Made by a program: the position numbers and the translations under genes. Below are positions 56,965 to 64,000 of a stretch of DNA of 64,000 nucleotides, piece after piece. How positions within the stretch are numbered: the first letter of the stretch is position 1; every line of letters starts with the position of its first letter. The notes beneath the pieces are model-generated. The model was not told the origin of the DNA and searched no databases. It saw only the letters and a list, made by a program, of their open reading frames with translations. The stretch comes from a bacterium (GTDB taxonomy: Bacteria; Patescibacteriota; Minisyncoccia; Moranbacterales; GWC2-37-73): positions 15,268 through 79,267 of the forward strand of contig JBAXDL010000004.1 of the NCBI GenBank assembly GCA_037140955.1, given 5' to 3'.

Positions 56965-58224
56965 ATGTCTATTTTTTCTAAAATATTTTCAAGAAATAGC
57001 TCCGAATATTATTTGGCGCTTGATATTGGGACGGAAGTTGCCAAGGCACTTGTTTTTCAAATTGATGCCGAAACGAAAACTGGCCACATTGTTGGTGTTG
57101 GAAAAGAAAGGCAAAAAAGAGGGAACATGCAAAGTGGTGCAGTGTCTGATATTTCTGGTGTTATTGATACTTGCAAAATTTCAATTAGTAATGCACTGGA
57201 GGATGCTAAAATAAAAAAGGTAAAGAAAGCGATTGTTGGCATTGCTGGAGAACTCGTGAAGGGAACAACCACAACAGTTCATTATGAACGTGGAAATCCA
57301 GACGGTAGGATTGATTTTGCTGAACTTAAAAATATTATTGCAAAAGTTCAAACTAAGGCATATGAAAGAATTCAGGAGCAAATAGCCTGGGAAACAGGAC
57401 AAGATATTGAGGTGAAATTGATCAATGCTGCTATTGTTGACGTTAGAATCGATGGATATCAAGTAACAAATCCAGTTGGTTTTCAGGGGAGAGACGTTTC
57501 TGTTGGAATCTTTAATGCCTATGCTCCGATGATTCATCTTGGCGCGCTGCAGACTATTGCTGATGAATTAAATATTGACTTGCTGAGTATTGCGGCAGAG
57601 CCGTATGCAGTTGCCAGGAGTATTGACTATGATGATGCGATTGATTTTAGTGCTATTTTTATTGATATCGGTGGTGGTACAACTGACATTGCTGTTGTTA
57701 GAAATGGCGGTCTTGAAGGGACAAAGATGTTTGCTTTTGGTGGCAGGGCTTTCACAAAAAAATTAGCACAAGAGCTGCGCATCGAACTTGAAGAGGCTGA
57801 AGAACTGAAAATAGAATATGCTGAAGGGAAATTGGATGAAAATATCAGTATGAAAGTTGAACAGATTTTGCAAAATGATGTGGCAATTTGGCTTAGTGGT
57901 GTGGAGCTTTCACTAGCTGAATTTGCAGGAAGTGATGTTTTGCCTTCAAAAATTTTGCTTTGTGGTGGAGGTAGTGGTCTTCCTGGGATTAAGAAAATAT
58001 TACTTGATACTGAGTGGTCAGCTGGTTTGCCATTTTCAAAAAGGCCGAGTGTTAATTATTTGCAACCAAGGGATGTTGTTCGTATGGTTGATCAAACTGG
58101 GAAACTGAATAATCCACAAGATGTCACACCTATGGGATTGGCAAATTTGGTGCTTGATGTGACTGGCGAGGAGAAGGTTATGGCTGGGATCCTGAGAAGA
58201 GTTTTGCAGACAATGCAAGATTAA
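56965..58224 (+). CDS. Actin-like ATPase of the FtsA/PilM family (probable FtsA)
   Basis: LALDIGT phosphate-1 and IFIDIGGGTTDIAVV phosphate-2/adenosine motifs. Confidence 0.5.
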   Translation: MSIFSKIFSRNSSEYYLALDIGTEVAKALVFQIDAETKTGHIVGVGKERQKRGNMQSGAVSDISGVIDTCKISISNALEDAKIKKVKKAIVGIAGELVKGTTTTVHYERGNPDGRIDFAELKNIIAKVQTKAYERIQEQIAWETGQDIEVKLINAAIVDVRIDGYQVTNPVGFQGRDVSVGIFNAYAPMIHLGALQTIADELNIDLLSIAAEPYAVARSIDYDDAIDFSAIFIDIGGGTTDIAVVRNGGLEGTKMFAFGGRAFTKKLAQELRIELEEAEELKIEYAEGKLDENISMKVEQILQNDVAIWLSGVELSLAEFAGSDVLPSKILLCGGGSGLPGIKKILLDTEWSAGLPFSKRPSVNYLQPRDVVRMVDQTGKLNNPQDVTPMGLANLVLDVTGEEKVMAGILRRVLQTMQD

Positions 58225-58332
58225 TATAAAATAATTTTAAATTATAAATTTCAAATTAAATCCTGATTTTTAAATTAAATAATAATTAAGTGCAATTTTT
58301 AATTTTATTTGATATTTGGATTTTAAGCTAGT

Positions 58333-60180
58333 ATGTCACAAACATTTTACATTGATCTGGAGGAAGAAATATCATCAGTGGTGGATAGGCTTAATAAGTC
58401 TATTTCAACTGATAATTTCTTTGTTTTGCCAAAACGTGCAATTTTTCTTCAGAGTATTGTAAATTTGAAATTGCTTAAGCGTGAGGCTGAAAAAGTTGGA
58501 AAGAGGATTGTGATTGTTACTCAGGATGAAATTGGTGCTTCAATGGCAAAAAGATGTGAAATTGAGGTTCGCTCCGTCATGGAAGAGGCAGTTGCAATGC
58601 AAAATGTGGAGCAAGTGCAAGTATTTGAGGAGGAGCTGCCAGAGGTAGAATATCAACCACCTTTGCAGCAAAAAAAACAAACAAGATTGAGTGAAATTGG
58701 TTCAAATAATTTTTATGATGCAGGAATGCAAAATAAAAAGCAAGAAGTTGGTTTTGCGCCAGCACCTGTCCCACAGCAAAAAAGCATTAAAGCAAGCGGT
58801 GATTTTCTTGGTTTAAAAAGAGCTGATTCTTTGCAGAGAGAAAAATTGCCATCAAGGATTAATATCATGCAGCCAGTTGCCAAGCCGATGCTAGGTGGCT
58901 TGAAAAAATCAACAATGGCGTTATATGATAATAAATTGAACAATGAAAAAGAAAAGGCCTTAGAAAAACTCTATTCATCTCACGATAAGCCACAAAAAAA
59001 GACTGGCAGTGAAATTGTTCCCATGGATGGAAAGGTAAAAAGTATTTTTATTATCTTTACCGTACTCTGTTTTTTTGCTTTTGTAGGTGTTGGACTTTAT
59101 TTGTATTTGCCAACTGCAAAAATAAGTGTTGAGCCGAACATAATAAAGAGTAAAACTGATCTAAGTCTTACTGCAAACACTGAGATTGCAAAGGTTGAAG
59201 GATCCAAGCTTCCACTGAGGATTATAGATAAAGAAGAGACGCAAACTTTTCCCTATGAAACAAAGGGGGTTGGAACTACAAGTGGAAAAAAAGCCCATGG
59301 AAGCTTAGCAATTTTTAATGAATATGATTCATCTGCTCAAACTTTAGTTGCTAGTACAAGGTTTGAATCTTCAGATGGAAAAATTTTCCGTCTAAATAAA
59401 AATGTAATAGTTCCTGGTTCAACTACTGTGGATGGTCAAGTGAGAGCTGGGTCAGTTGTTGCAGAGGTTACAGCTGATCAGGCTGGATCTTCTTTTAATA
59501 TTGATGCTGCATCATTTTCTATTCCTGGTTTTAAGGACAGTCCTAAATTTGCAAAATTCTCAGCAAAATCAACGGAAAAAATGATTGGTGGTGGCGATGA
59601 TGGCGGTGCTGCTGCTGGAGTTGTGACTCAACAAGACTTGGATAGTGCAAAGCAAAAAGCACAAACGGCAATGAAAGAAAAAATATTAGAGAGCATAAAT
59701 GTTGACTTGAAAGACAAGGAGGTTTCCTTGTCTCAAGCCCAGCAGGTCATAATCTCAAAGACAACTACTACTGCTAGAATTGGGGACACGCTTGGAACTT
59801 TTAATTATGTTGTCACTGCCTCTGCACGCGCCTTGGTTTTTTCCGAGGGTGATGTGCGCAAGGCCGTTGACGGTTCAATTGCTCTTGATGCTCAAAATAA
59901 GGACAATAAGCGGGATATTTCAAAAATCGAATATGGCACGGCTGATGCTGATTTTGAAAAAAATACCTTAGATTTAAAAGTTCATGCTGAAATAACTGAC
60001 ACTCCAAACATTAAAACTGATGAAATAAAGGGTCAAATTCTTGGTAAAAATGACGAACAATTGGGTGTATTTTTGAAGAAATATTCAACGATTAAAAATG
60101 TTAATATTGAGTTTTGGCCAACATTTATTTCAAGGATTCCTCAATATGGTCAAAGAGTTACCGTTGAGATCAAAAAATAG
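58333..60180 (+). CDS. Hypothetical bitopic membrane protein (615 aa)
   Basis: About 230-aa cytoplasmic N-terminal region, single TM (IFIIFTVLCFFAFVGVGLYLYL), large extracytoplasmic C-terminal domain. Confidence 0.35.
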   Translation: MSQTFYIDLEEEISSVVDRLNKSISTDNFFVLPKRAIFLQSIVNLKLLKREAEKVGKRIVIVTQDEIGASMAKRCEIEVRSVMEEAVAMQNVEQVQVFEEELPEVEYQPPLQQKKQTRLSEIGSNNFYDAGMQNKKQEVGFAPAPVPQQKSIKASGDFLGLKRADSLQREKLPSRINIMQPVAKPMLGGLKKSTMALYDNKLNNEKEKALEKLYSSHDKPQKKTGSEIVPMDGKVKSIFIIFTVLCFFAFVGVGLYLYLPTAKISVEPNIIKSKTDLSLTANTEIAKVEGSKLPLRIIDKEETQTFPYETKGVGTTSGKKAHGSLAIFNEYDSSAQTLVASTRFESSDGKIFRLNKNVIVPGSTTVDGQVRAGSVVAEVTADQAGSSFNIDAASFSIPGFKDSPKFAKFSAKSTEKMIGGGDDGGAAAGVVTQQDLDSAKQKAQTAMKEKILESINVDLKDKEVSLSQAQQVIISKTTTTARIGDTLGTFNYVVTASARALVFSEGDVRKAVDGSIALDAQNKDNKRDISKIEYGTADADFEKNTLDLKVHAEITDTPNIKTDEIKGQILGKNDEQLGVFLKKYSTIKNVNIEFWPTFISRIPQYGQRVTVEIKK

Positions 60181-60273
60181 CTTGTAGTAAGCCATTTTTT
60201 GCTGAATTTGGTCATTTTTTGTCTATCGATTTAATTGTGGGCTATACTAATAGAAAGAGCTTATATGTCGGGG

Positions 60274-60302
60274 TTGACAAGAAAAGGATACTTTGTTAAG
60301 AT
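60274..60302 (+). promoter_or_regulatory. Promoter-like TTGACA-17-TAAGAT upstream of infA
   Basis: -35 consensus with a weaker -10; about 130-nt leader. Confidence 0.35.
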
Positions 60303-60434
60303 TTATATACGTTTTTGAAAAAACTTAATAGTTTGTCTGGAGTAGAGGAAATTACTATTCGAATTTAGTCAATGAAGATAGTTTTCTGCAAGTAACTGGC
60401 ACCTCTATTTTTATGTTGTAATATAATTTAAAAT

Positions 60435-60659
60435 ATGGCCCCAAAACAGGAAAAAGAGCTGATAAAGCTAGAAGGAACTATTATTGAAACACTTCCTAGT
60501 ACTACTTTTCGAGTGCGTTTGGACAATGGACATGAGGTGCTTGCTCATATTTCTGGTAGGATGAGGGTTAATTATATTAGACTGCTTCCGGGCGACAGAG
60601 TTCTCATGGAAATGAGCCCATATGACCTTACAAAAGGACGAGTAACACAAAGAATGTAA
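60435..60659 (+). CDS. infA: Translation initiation factor IF-1
   Basis: S1-like OB fold sequence ...[25 protein letters not shown]... Confidence 0.9.
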   Translation: MAPKQEKELIKLEGTIIETLPSTTFRVRLDNGHEVLAHISGRMRVNYIRLLPGDRVLMEMSPYDLTKGRVTQRM

Positions 60660-60750
60660 TAACTAATAACTAAAGACTCACAACTAATGACAGTTGCTCT
60701 CAGAGCTGCTGGAGAAAAAGTTATAAGTAGTTGGTGGTAGAAAAAAAATT

Positions 60751-60864
60751 ATGAAAGTACGAGCATCAGTTAAGAAAATGTGCGCAAAATGCAAGGTTGT
60801 TAGAAGAAGGGGTAAAGTTTACGTCATTTGCTCAACCCCTAAACATAAACAACGCCAAGGTTAA
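60751..60864 (+). CDS. rpmJ: 50S ribosomal protein L36
   Basis: 37-aa [37 protein letters not shown] with a Cys/His zinc ribbon; not in the ORF track (below 60 aa). Confidence 0.85.
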   Translation: MKVRASVKKMCAKCKVVRRRGKVYVICSTPKHKQRQG

Positions 60865-60937
60865 TAGTAATTTATTTAATTAAAGTTTTAAATTCTCCCA
60901 AAGTTTGGGGTAAAAAATTTAAAATTATTTTTGTATT

Positions 60938-61324
60938 ATGATACGTATCGCTGGAATAAATCTACCTGATGAAAAAAGAATTGATGTTGCTTTGACTTAT
61001 GTTTTCGGGATTGGTCCATCAACTAGTAAGAAACTTTTGAAGCTTCTTGAGATTGACATGAGCACTCGTACCAAGGATTTGTCTGCTCAAGATGCAAACA
61101 GACTTCGTGATGAAATTGAAAAGAAATATAAGGTTGAAGGTGAGTTGAAGCACGAAGTTAAGATGAACATCAAGCGATTGAAGGAAATTGGAAGTTATCG
61201 TGGAAGCAGACATCAAAAGGGCTTGCCAGTAAATGGTCAGCGCACAAAGACCAATAGTCGTACCGTTAGAGGAAATGTTAGAAGGACTATGGGCAGTGGA
61301 AGAAGAAGCGAATCAAAGACATAG
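60938..61324 (+). CDS. rpsM: 30S ribosomal protein S13
   Basis: MIRIAGINLP... canonical S13 N-terminus. Confidence 0.95.
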   Translation: MIRIAGINLPDEKRIDVALTYVFGIGPSTSKKLLKLLEIDMSTRTKDLSAQDANRLRDEIEKKYKVEGELKHEVKMNIKRLKEIGSYRGSRHQKGLPVNGQRTKTNSRTVRGNVRRTMGSGRRSESKT

Positions 61325-61442
61325 AGATAAAGTTTTAGATTGTTGCTACTTGGCTTATTTATCTAAAATATACACATAGAACTTATAAACATTTTATAAA
61401 AAGCTTGAGAGTTTAAAAACTAAGAAGCTAAAACCTGATAAT

Positions 61443-61904
61443 ATGGCAGATGAAATTAAAACAACTGAAGAAATAATGGCTGAATTGTCTCCTGCAGTTC
61501 CTGCTGTTGAGGCCACAGAAGCTGAGATAAAAAAGAAGAAAAAGAAACTTAAAAGACAGGTTACTAAGGGTCAAGCTCACATCAAATGCACATATAACAA
61601 CACTATGGTGATGATTTCTGATGCCAATGGTGGTTTGCTTGGATGGTCAAGTAGTGGTCTTTTGGGCTTTAAGGGGGCAAAAAAGGCAACTCCTTATGCT
61701 GCAACTCAGGTTGTGCATGATGTTAGTGAGAAAGTTAAAAAATATGGTGTGCATGAGTTGGATGTTTTTGTGAAAGGTGTTGGTTCTGGGAGAGAATCAT
61801 CAATTCGCTCATTGGCAAACAAGGGTTTTGAGCTTACTGCTATCAAAGATGTGACTCCAATTCCTCATAATGGATGCAGAGCAAAGAAACCAAGACGAGT
61901 GTAG
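61443..61904 (+). CDS. rpsK: 30S ribosomal protein S11
   Basis: Canonical S11 core (…NNTMVMISDANGGLLGWSSSG…). Confidence 0.95.
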   Translation: MADEIKTTEEIMAELSPAVPAVEATEAEIKKKKKKLKRQVTKGQAHIKCTYNNTMVMISDANGGLLGWSSSGLLGFKGAKKATPYAATQVVHDVSEKVKKYGVHELDVFVKGVGSGRESSIRSLANKGFELTAIKDVTPIPHNGCRAKKPRRV

Positions 61905-61945
61905 ACAATAATTTCAAATTTCAAATTTTTATAATATAAGAAGTT

Positions 61946-62581
61946 ATGGCAAGAGATTTATTAGGATCAAAATGTAAGAGATGTCGCAGAGCTCAAGAAA
62001 AACTTTTCTTGAAAGGTGACAGATGCAATAGCGCAAAGTGTGCTATTTCACGTCGTCCATATGCGCCAGGTGTGCATGGAAAGAATATTTCACGAGGACT
62101 TTCTGAGTTTGGAAAACAACTCGCAATGAAGCAAAGAATCAAACGCATGTATGGTGTTTTGGAAAGACAATTCCGCAAGCACTATGATGAAATCAGCAAC
62201 AAATCTGGTGTTACTGGTGACTTGTTGATGACTCGTCTTGAACTTCGTTTGGACAATGTTGTTCGAAAGATGGGACTAGCTTCTTCTCCTATTCAGGCAA
62301 GACAGTTGGTGACTCACGGAGCATTTTTGGTGAACGGAAAAAAACTTACTATTCCTTCTTGTTGGATTAAGGTTGGAGATGTTGTTTCTGTTAAGGAATC
62401 AAAGAAGGATAATGCATACTTCAAGAATCAGATTCAGACACTTGCAAATAAGAAAGATTTTCCTCGTTGGATTCAATTCAATCAATCAAAATTGGAAGGC
62501 ACAGTTATTGCATTGCCAACACGAGAGGATGTCGGAGTTCATGTTGATCCGCAAATGGTTGTTGAATCATATTCTCGTTAA
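61946..62581 (+). CDS. rpsD: 30S ribosomal protein S4
   Basis: N-terminal Cys-rich zinc-ribbon region and S4 RNA-binding domain. Confidence 0.95.
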   Translation: MARDLLGSKCKRCRRAQEKLFLKGDRCNSAKCAISRRPYAPGVHGKNISRGLSEFGKQLAMKQRIKRMYGVLERQFRKHYDEISNKSGVTGDLLMTRLELRLDNVVRKMGLASSPIQARQLVTHGAFLVNGKKLTIPSCWIKVGDVVSVKESKKDNAYFKNQIQTLANKKDFPRWIQFNQSKLEGTVIALPTREDVGVHVDPQMVVESYSR

Positions 62582-62705
62582 CAGAATTTTTTGTTCATAT
62601 TGTCAGGCTTTGCTTGGCAATAAAGGTTTGATATATTAACTTTTTTAACTCAAAAACGCTTTTCTTGTGGAGGTACTTCCATGATTTCTGCGTTAGAAAG
62701 AGGAT

Positions 62706-63674
62706 ATGCAGACAGTGTCACTTCCTCAAAAGCCAAAATACACCCCAATTGATGAGAAGAGTGGGAAATTCGAAATCATGGGATGTTATCCGGGTTATGG
62801 TATGACCCTTGGTAATGCGCTTAGGCGTGTTCTTTTAGCATCTCTAGAAGGTGCAGCAATTACCTCAGTAAAGATTAAAGGTGTTTCTCATGAATTCTCA
62901 ACTCTTGATGGAGTTATGGAAGATGCAGTGCAGATTATTTTGAATCTTAAAAAAATTCGTTTTAAGATGTACAGTGAGGAACCAGTTAAAGTTACTCTTA
63001 AATTCAAAGGTGAAGGAAAGGTAACTGCAAAAGAGATCAAATGTTCTTCTGATATTGAAGTTGTTAACACTGATCAGATCATTGCAACTGTAACTGACAA
63101 GAAAGTTGAATTTGAACTTGAACTTGAAGTTTCAAAAGGTCTTGGATATGTTCCAATTGATCAACAACTTAGACCTGAAAAAGAAATTGGTGTAATTGCT
63201 ATTGACGCCGTGTATACTCCAATTCGTCGTGTGAACTATGAAGTTGAGAACATGCGTGTTGGAAAGAGAACAGATTACAACAAAATCACACTTGAGGTTG
63301 TGACTGATGGAAGCATTACTCCGGAAGAAGCCTTCACTAAAGCTGTAACAATTTTGGTAGCACAATTTTCAGTTCTTGGTGGAATTGAAATAGTTGAAGA
63401 AACTTTAGCTGTGGAAACTAAAGAAGCTGAAATAGTTGAAGAAAAAGTGGTTGAGCAAGAAGCTGCTGACCCACTTAAGATTAAAGTTGTTGACCTTAAA
63501 AATCTTTCAACAAGAACCCTTAATGTGCTTGAAGCTAGCAAGATTGTTAAAATTAAGGATATTGTTAAACACAATGAAGAAGAGTTGCTTTCATTGGAAG
63601 GAATGGGAAGCAAAGGAATCAAGGAAATTAAAAAATCAATCGGAGAATTTGGTATTACACTTAAACAGGATTAG
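62706..63674 (+). CDS. rpoA: DNA-directed RNA polymerase subunit alpha
   Basis: N-terminal dimerisation domain (GYGMTLGNALRRVLL) and C-terminal domain; follows rpsD. Confidence 0.95.
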   Translation: MQTVSLPQKPKYTPIDEKSGKFEIMGCYPGYGMTLGNALRRVLLASLEGAAITSVKIKGVSHEFSTLDGVMEDAVQIILNLKKIRFKMYSEEPVKVTLKFKGEGKVTAKEIKCSSDIEVVNTDQIIATVTDKKVEFELELEVSKGLGYVPIDQQLRPEKEIGVIAIDAVYTPIRRVNYEVENMRVGKRTDYNKITLEVVTDGSITPEEAFTKAVTILVAQFSVLGGIEIVEETLAVETKEAEIVEEKVVEQEAADPLKIKVVDLKNLSTRTLNVLEASKIVKIKDIVKHNEEELLSLEGMGSKGIKEIKKSIGEFGITLKQD

Positions 63675-63682
63675 TAAAATAT

Positions 63683-64000
63683 ATGAATCATCTTGGAAGA
63701 ACTAGAAAATTTAGCAGAGTAAAGAAACAACGCGTGGCTCTTTTGAAGACATTGTTGGGTAGTTTTATCATGAAGGAAAAAATTACTACAACTGAAGCAA
63801 AAGCAAAAGAAATCAAGCCAATGGTTGATAAGATTATCACGAAGGTAAAAAAGATTTCTGCTGATGAAGCAAAGAAGGTTGCGATTTTGAGAGACCTTCG
63901 CAAAGGACTTCCTTTGGTTGCAGTGAAAAAGATTTCAGGTGAATTTTCTGTAAAATTTGCTCAGCGATCAAGTGGATATACTCGTATCATGAAAATCGCA
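63683..64000 (+). CDS. rplQ: 50S ribosomal protein L17 (3'-partial; runs off the window)
   Basis: MNHLGRTRKFSRVKKQRVALLKTL...; canonical position after rpoA. Confidence 0.85.
   Translation, partial: MNHLGRTRKFSRVKKQRVALLKTLLGSFIMKEKITTTEAKAKEIKPMVDKIITKVKKISADEAKKVAILRDLRKGLPLVAVKKISGEFSVKFAQRSSGYTRIMKIA

Noticed and set aside
1-64000. CRISPR arrays, rRNA or tRNA genes, transposases or integrases
   Set aside because: I found no regularly spaced short repeats, no rRNA- or tRNA-like conserved blocks, and no DDE or tyrosine-recombinase-like ORFs on either strand.

Overview
This is an AT-rich (about 35% GC) bacterial chromosomal segment. Coding is dense, almost entirely on the + strand, with short overlapping genes, standard code 11 and frequent TAG/TAA/TGA stops. 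The content suggests a reduced genome: single-domain regulators, a ProRS without an editing domain, a short AspRS, and a type IV pilus operon. I infer a Patescibacteria/CPR-like lineage, not demonstrated.

Housekeeping genes are:
- msrB-msrA;
- glyQS, tyrS, proS and aspS;
- ispH, scpA-scpB, dacA-like carboxypeptidase and mraY;
- pgk, eno and a PfkB kinase;
- an FtsA/PilM-like ATPase;
- the infA-rpmJ-rpsM-rpsK-rpsD-rpoA-rplQ ribosomal cluster at the 3' end.

Accessory content is:
- a MacB-type ABC pair and a patatin-like protein;
- an SF1 helicase;
- an orphan response regulator followed by pilB-pilC and four prepilin-like genes, one with a LamG-like lectin domain;
- two sensor kinases, adhP, a DEAD-box helicase and a GxxExxY (PD-(D/E)XK) protein behind a consensus promoter with a long structured leader;
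- an island of GNAT, Fic, MazG-like, peptidase S51 and methyltransferase genes;
- a MntA/HepT toxin-antitoxin pair;
- a tandem pair of diversified small paralogs upstream of a Tat-signal protein.

The most notable locus is a two-gene minus-strand cassette at 29044-30470. An unannotated 52-aa Cys/Asp/Ser-rich peptide gene has its own consensus promoter. An intrinsic-terminator-like hairpin separates it from a radical SAM/SPASM enzyme. This is the architecture of a ranthipeptide/SCIFF-like RiPP cluster.

Other anomalies:
- a 184-bp near-identical direct repeat copies the 3' end of a histidine kinase gene and brackets a ddl + vanX-like (frameshifted) + nucleotidyltransferase cassette;
- a glsB/yeaQ-family gene carries an in-frame amber stop at the conserved Trp codon.

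No rRNA, tRNA, CRISPR array, transposase or integrase was recognised.
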